DNA of 64,000 nucleotides. Source: Desulfosudaceae bacterium (GTDB lineage Bacteria; Desulfobacterota; Desulfobacteria; Desulfobacterales; Desulfosudaceae). The stretch is taken from contig CAXXDV010000001.1 of NCBI GenBank assembly GCA_963674745.2, positions 2,432,001 through 2,496,000 of the forward strand, written 5' to 3'. The first letter of the stretch is position 1; each line of letters opens with the position of its first letter. The position numbers and the translations under genes were made by a program. The notes beneath the pieces were generated by a model. That model worked only from the letters and a program-made list of their open reading frames with translations. It searched no databases and was not told the origin of the DNA. Of the stretch, positions 59,015 to 64,000 are shown one piece after another.

Positions 59015-60349
59015 ATGGCTGAAGCCGCGGAAAAAACGGACGGCAAAATTGTTGATGAGGGGCTGGATAAGGGTGCTGCCAGGCTGACCCCGGAGCGGAT
59101 CCAGCAGGCGGTGGATCAGATACTCTCCGGAGAGTCCGGGGCGCGGCTGAAAACATATGTCAACACCTGCGCGCACTGCGGGTTGTGTGCGGATTCCTGC
59201 CATGTCTATTTGTCCAATGATAAAGACCCCAAATATTCGCCGGCCGGGAAGGTTAAACGCACGCTGGGGTTACTTTTGAAAAGCAAAGGCAAGGTCACCC
59301 CGGCACAGATAAGGGACATGTCCGAGATCGCCTCCACCGAATGCAATGCCTGCAAACGGTGTTCCATGTATTGTCCCTTCGGCATCGACGTCGGTTACCT
59401 GATGTTGACCGTGCGGCGACTGTGTCACCTGTGCGGTGTTACCCCGCTGTATATCCAGGCCACCGCCCACAGCCATTCGGTAACCATGAACCAGATGTGG
59501 TTAAAAGAAGACGAATGGATTGATACCCTGCAGTGGCAGGAGGAAGACGCCCGGGATGAAATGCCGGATGTTCGTATTCCGCTTGAAAAAGAAGGCGCCG
59601 AAGTCATGTACTCGGTTATCGCGCCGGAACCGAAATTCATGGCCCAACTGATCTACAATGCAGCCATTATCATGAATGTGGCCGGTATTGACTGGACCAT
59701 GCCGGCCACGCCCGGCTGGGATAACAGTGATATGGCCATGTATACCGGGGACAACGAAATTATGGGCCGTGTGAAACGTGCCCATTTTGAAACTGCCGCC
59801 CGGCTCAAGGTCAAGAAGATCGTCATGGGCGAGTGCGGGCACGCCTTCCGGTCGGTCTATGACATGGGCAACCGCTGGCTGGGCTGGCGGATGCCGCCCG
59901 TACCCATCGTCCATGCCATTGAATTTTATTATGACCTGATAAAGTCTGGAAAGATTAAAATCCGGGAAAAGTTCAAGCCGAAGGTGACCCTGCATGACCC
60001 CTGCAACGTCGTCCGTGGCCGGGGATTGCATGAAAAAGCCCGTTATGTGGTAAACGCCATCTGCGAAGATTTCCAGGAGATGTATCCCAACCGCGAGCAC
60101 AACTACTGCTGTAACGCCGGTGGTGGCGTGATTAACTGCGGCCCGCCTTTCAGAAACAAGCGGGTCATCAGTAACCGGGTCAAAGCGGAGCAACTTAAAG
60201 AAACCGGCGCTTCAGTGCTGATTACCCCCTGCCACAACTGCCACAGCGGGATGGAAGACATTGTCGAACACTATAAACTGGGCATGGAAATCAAGTTTTT
60301 AAGTGAAATTATTTATGAAGTCATGGAGAAACCGGAAGCACCGGCCTAA
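59015..60349 (+). CDS. tmcB: Tmc cytoplasmic HdrD-like Fe-S subunit
   Basis: CAHCGLCADSC, CNACKRCSMYCP, GECGH, HDPC, CCNAGGGVINCGPP, PCHNC. Confidence 0.9.
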   Translation: MAEAAEKTDGKIVDEGLDKGAARLTPERIQQAVDQILSGESGARLKTYVNTCAHCGLCADSCHVYLSNDKDPKYSPAGKVKRTLGLLLKSKGKVTPAQIRDMSEIASTECNACKRCSMYCPFGIDVGYLMLTVRRLCHLCGVTPLYIQATAHSHSVTMNQMWLKEDEWIDTLQWQEEDARDEMPDVRIPLEKEGAEVMYSVIAPEPKFMAQLIYNAAIIMNVAGIDWTMPATPGWDNSDMAMYTGDNEIMGRVKRAHFETAARLKVKKIVMGECGHAFRSVYDMGNRWLGWRMPPVPIVHAIEFYYDLIKSGKIKIREKFKPKVTLHDPCNVVRGRGLHEKARYVVNAICEDFQEMYPNREHNYCCNAGGGVINCGPPFRNKRVISNRVKAEQLKETGASVLITPCHNCHSGMEDIVEHYKLGMEIKFLSEIIYEVMEKPEAPA

Positions 60350-60610
60350 TCGGATATTTGTTTTTTTTCATAATGACTATAAAAAATCCAGCGCTTATCC
60401 TTTTGTTTGTATTCCTATCAGGGATAGCAGGTCATCACCAGCCGGGCTGAAAATTATTTGTCCAAATAAGAGCTGACCGGAGAGCTGCTATTATTCTTCG
60501 ACTATCCAGTCGTCCGTGCTTTCGGCGCTTTTCGTAAATCGACGGCATCTATATTAATTTTTAATAAAATGAATGGTTTATAATATTTAAAGGGCCCTTT
60601 CCATTATGCA

Positions 60611-60639
60611 TTGACATTCAGGGCCGGCAGTGATAAAAA
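60611..60639 (+). promoter_or_regulatory. putative sigma70 promoter of hdrL
   Basis: TTGACA-17 nt-TAAAAA with upstream TG. Confidence 0.4.
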
Positions 60640-60691
60640 AAAAGTTTATTTTTACAGCCTATATAAAGAAAAATATGGCAAGGAGTAAGAT

Positions 60692-63600
60692 ATGTCCGAC
60701 AAAACGGGGTCAGTGCTTATCGTCGGCGGCGGTATCAGCGGCATGCAGTCGGCGCTTGATCTGGCCGATTCTGGTTATTACGTTTACCTGGCCGACAAAT
60801 CACCGTCCATTGGCGGTGTTATGGCGCAACTGGACAAGACGTTTCCCACCAATGATTGTGCCATGTGAGTGATCTCGCCTACACTGGTCGAGGTCGGCCG
60901 GCACCTGAACATAGAGATACTTCCCGATTCGGAACTGCTGGACGTTGCCGGCCAAGCCGGTAATTTTACCGCCACCCTGAGGCAGTCCCCTCGTTTTATT
61001 GATATTTCCAAGTGCACGGGATGCGGTGAATGTGCAGATGCCTGTCCGGTGGATCTTGTGGATGATTACAACGAAGGGCTGGCATTCCACAAAGCCACCT
61101 ACAAACAATACGCCCAGGCCGTTCCCGGTGCTTATGCCATCTGCAAAGGCGATACGGCTCCCTGTCGTTTGGCCTGCCCGGCCCATTTGAATGTCCAGGG
61201 TTATGTCCAGATGGTTAAAGAAGGGAAATATAAAGAAGCCCTTGAAATTATAATGAAAGACCTCCCGCTGCCAGGCGTTCTGGGCCGTGTCTGCCCCCAT
61301 GAATGCGAGAATGTCTGCCGTCGGGCGGACGTTGACGCGCCGGTTGCTATCCGCAACCTCAAGCGTCTGGCCGCGGACATGGTTGATCCCCGGGAAATTA
61401 AAATCGAATGCGCACCCCGGCGGGACGAACGGGTGGCGATTGTCGGTTCCGGTCCGGCCGGGCTGTCGGCAGCTTACCAGCTCGCCCGGCAGGGAATTGG
61501 ATCCACCATTTTCGAAGCCCTGGAAAAACCAGGCGGTATGCTGCGGGTGGGTATCCCCAATCATCGTTTACCCGAAGACGTGCTGGACCGGGAAATTGAA
61601 GTCATTACCAATCTGGGGGTGGAAATCAAAACCAACACCCGCCTGGGCCGGGATATTACCATTGACGGCCTGTTGGCGGATGGTTACAAAGCGGTTTATC
61701 TGGCTCTGGGCGCCCACCAGGGAACCTCTCTGAGTATGCCCGGCGAAGACACCGCCGGTGTTCGTCAGGGCGTTGATTTCTTAAGGGAAGTGAACCTGAC
61801 CGGAACGACCGAAGTGGGTAAAAAGATTGCCGTTATCGGTGGTGGGAACGTGGCCATTGACGTCTGCCGGGCGGCTGTTCGTCTCGGTGCCGAGGAAGTG
61901 ATTATTGTTTACCGCCGGACCCGGGCGGAAATGCCGGCCTGGGAAGAAGAAATCGTGGCTGCCGAAGAAGAAGGCGTTCAGATCAAGTATTTGAAATCAC
62001 CCAAGGAAGTCCTGACAGACAACGGACGGGTGTGCGGCCTGCGCTGCATTGAGATGGAACTTTCCGAGCCTGACGAGTCCGGGCGCAGAAGACCGGTACC
62101 GGTTGACGACAGTGAACATGACCTTGCCTTTGACCAGATCATTCTGGCTATCGGCCAGCGGCCGGATACCGCCGCTCTGGAAGAAGTCGACGGCGTGGCC
62201 ATGGAACGGTGGGGTGGTCTGCAGGTGGATCCGATTACGTTTCAGACCGGAAAGCCGGGCGTGTTTGCCGGAGGGGATGTTCAGACCGGCCCGGATATTG
62301 CCATTGCCGCCATTGCCGCCGGCAAGGAGGCGGCTGTTTCCATAGAAAGGTACCTGGATGGCGTAGACCTCCAGGCCGGCCGTCAGCAGACAGCGCCTGA
62401 AAATCCGGATTATCAACCGGTCCCCACAGATGCGGAACCCGGAACGCGGGCAGCCATGCCGGAACTGGAACCCGCCGACCGCCGGACCAATTTTGCGGAA
62501 GTGGAGCTGGGATACGGTGAAGAAGAAGGCCGTGCCGAGGCGGCCCGATGTATCAACTGCGGTTATTGCTGCGAATGTTTTCAGTGCGTGGAAGCCTGCA
62601 AGGCGGAAGCCATCAATCACGATATGACCGGCGGGGTCAAAGAACTGAACGTGGGCGCCGTCATTATGACCCCCGGGTTTGAACCTTTTGATCCGTCGAA
62701 ATTTGATAACTATAGTTACAGTCAACTGCCGGATGTGATCACCTCCATGGAATTCGAGCGGCTGCTGTCGGCGTCCGGTCCCACTGCCGGCCACCTGGTC
62801 CGGCTGTCCGATCATCAGGAGCCCAAAAAGATTGCCTGGCTCCAGTGTGTCGGTTCCCGGGACATCAATCGCTGTGACAACGCCTATTGCTCTTCGGTTT
62901 GCTGTATGTACGCCATCAAGCAGACCATCATCGCCAAGGAACATGCCGGGGATGACCTGGATTGCGCGGTTTTTTATATGGATATGCGGACCCATGGCAA
63001 GGACTTCGAACGTTATTACAACAAGGCCAAGGATGAGGTCGGTGTCCGGTTTATAAACAGCCGGGTGCATACCATCCTGCCGGACGAAAAGACCAATATG
63101 TTGTCGTTACGGTACGTTATGGAAGACGGCCAACTGGCATTAGAAGAATTTGATATGGTCGTGCTGTCCATCGGCATGGAGGTCGGTGCCGATGTGGTCG
63201 CCTTGTCCGGTAAGCTGGGCGTTGAACTGACGGCCGGTAATTTTGCCAAAACCCTGCCGTTTACGCCGGTGCAGACGTCACGTGAAGGCATTTTCGCCTG
63301 CGGCGCTTTCCAGAGTCCCAAGGATATTCCCCAGTCGGTTGTGGATGCTTCGGCTGCTTCGGCTTCCGCCGGAGAACTGTTGAGCGAAGCCCGCAACACC
63401 TGCACGGTTACCAGGGAAGTCGTTCCCGAGACCAATGTTATCGGTCTGCGGCCGCGCATCGGTGTTTTTGTGTGTAATTGCGGCAGTAATATCGCCGCTG
63501 TGGTGGATGTCCCGGCGGTCCGGGATTACGCGGCCACTCTGCCATATGTGGAATTCGCAGACGACAACCTGTATTCCTGCAGTCAGGACACCCAGGAGAG

Positions 63601-64000
63601 AATGACCGAATTGATCAAGGAGAAAAATCTCAACCGGGTGGTGGTGGCGGCCTGTACGCCCAAAACCCATGAACCGGTTTTCCAGGAGACCCTGATCAAT
63701 GCCGGCCTGAATAAATACCTGTTTGAAATGACCAATATCCGAAACCAGGATTCCTGGGTTCATCGGAACAACCCGGAAATCGCCACGGAAAAAGCCAAAG
63801 ATCTGATCCGTATGTCCGTGGCCCGGGTGGCCCTGGCTGAACCGCTGGAAGAAGCAGAGCTTCAGGTCAATCCTGTCGCCCTGGTCATCGGTGGCGGCAT
63901 ATCCGGTATGACGTCGGCCCTTTCCCTGGCCCGCCAGGGATATGAAACCCACCTGGTGGAACGTGGCGACCGGCTGGGCGGGCAGGCGCTGAACCTGTTC
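60692..64000 (+). CDS. hdrL: HdrL-type large HdrA with inserted NfnB/GltD-like module, selenoprotein (Sec59); runs off the window
   Basis: [17 protein letters not shown]...PTNDCAM-TGA(60866-60868)-VISPTL; insert [35 protein letters not shown]; returns to [34 protein letters not shown]. Confidence 0.9.
60884..60901 (+). promoter_or_regulatory. SECIS-like hairpin
   Basis: CTGGTCG-AGGT-CGGCCGG. Confidence 0.7.

Noticed and set aside
60470..60550. Glycine riboswitch-like GGAGAG...CTTTCGG
   Set aside because: The CCGAAG core and required stems are missing
30616..60868. Five in-frame TGA stops read as pseudogenes or sequencing errors
   Set aside because: All fall on conserved Cys-ligand positions, the frames continue intact, and each has a downstream hairpin; selenocysteine is the simpler explanation
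60630..60872. 80-aa ORF and other short ORFs within 60600-64000
   Set aside because: Alternative-frame or antisense shadows of hdrL

Overview
This window looks like a chromosomal segment of an anaerobic, selenocysteine-using sulfate reducer (Desulfobacterales-like; inferred from gene content). The left ~22 kb is mixed housekeeping and accessory DNA: serA, a two-component module, an LVIVD surface protein, ssb, tatA, a MesB-like core methionine synthase and two MoxR/VWA pairs. It also holds an AT-rich cassette carrying an orphan dsrD-like gene, bracketed by three copies of a structured repeat element. The right ~42 kb is an energy-metabolism supercluster. It contains nfnAB, a minus-strand metF-like/hdrA/mvhD/hdrA/mvhD/metV/metF operon without hdrBC, a third metF-like gene, the complete hmcABCDEF operon (with a palindromic MITE-like insertion), a tmc operon headed by an unusual 7-heme cytochrome, and the start of hdrL. 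Five genes split or missed in the supplied ORF track are single reading frames with an in-frame TGA at a conserved Cys position followed by a SECIS-like hairpin, i.e. predicted selenoproteins. I recognised no rRNA, tRNA, CRISPR array or transposase gene. All calls come from reading motifs by eye; no searches were run.
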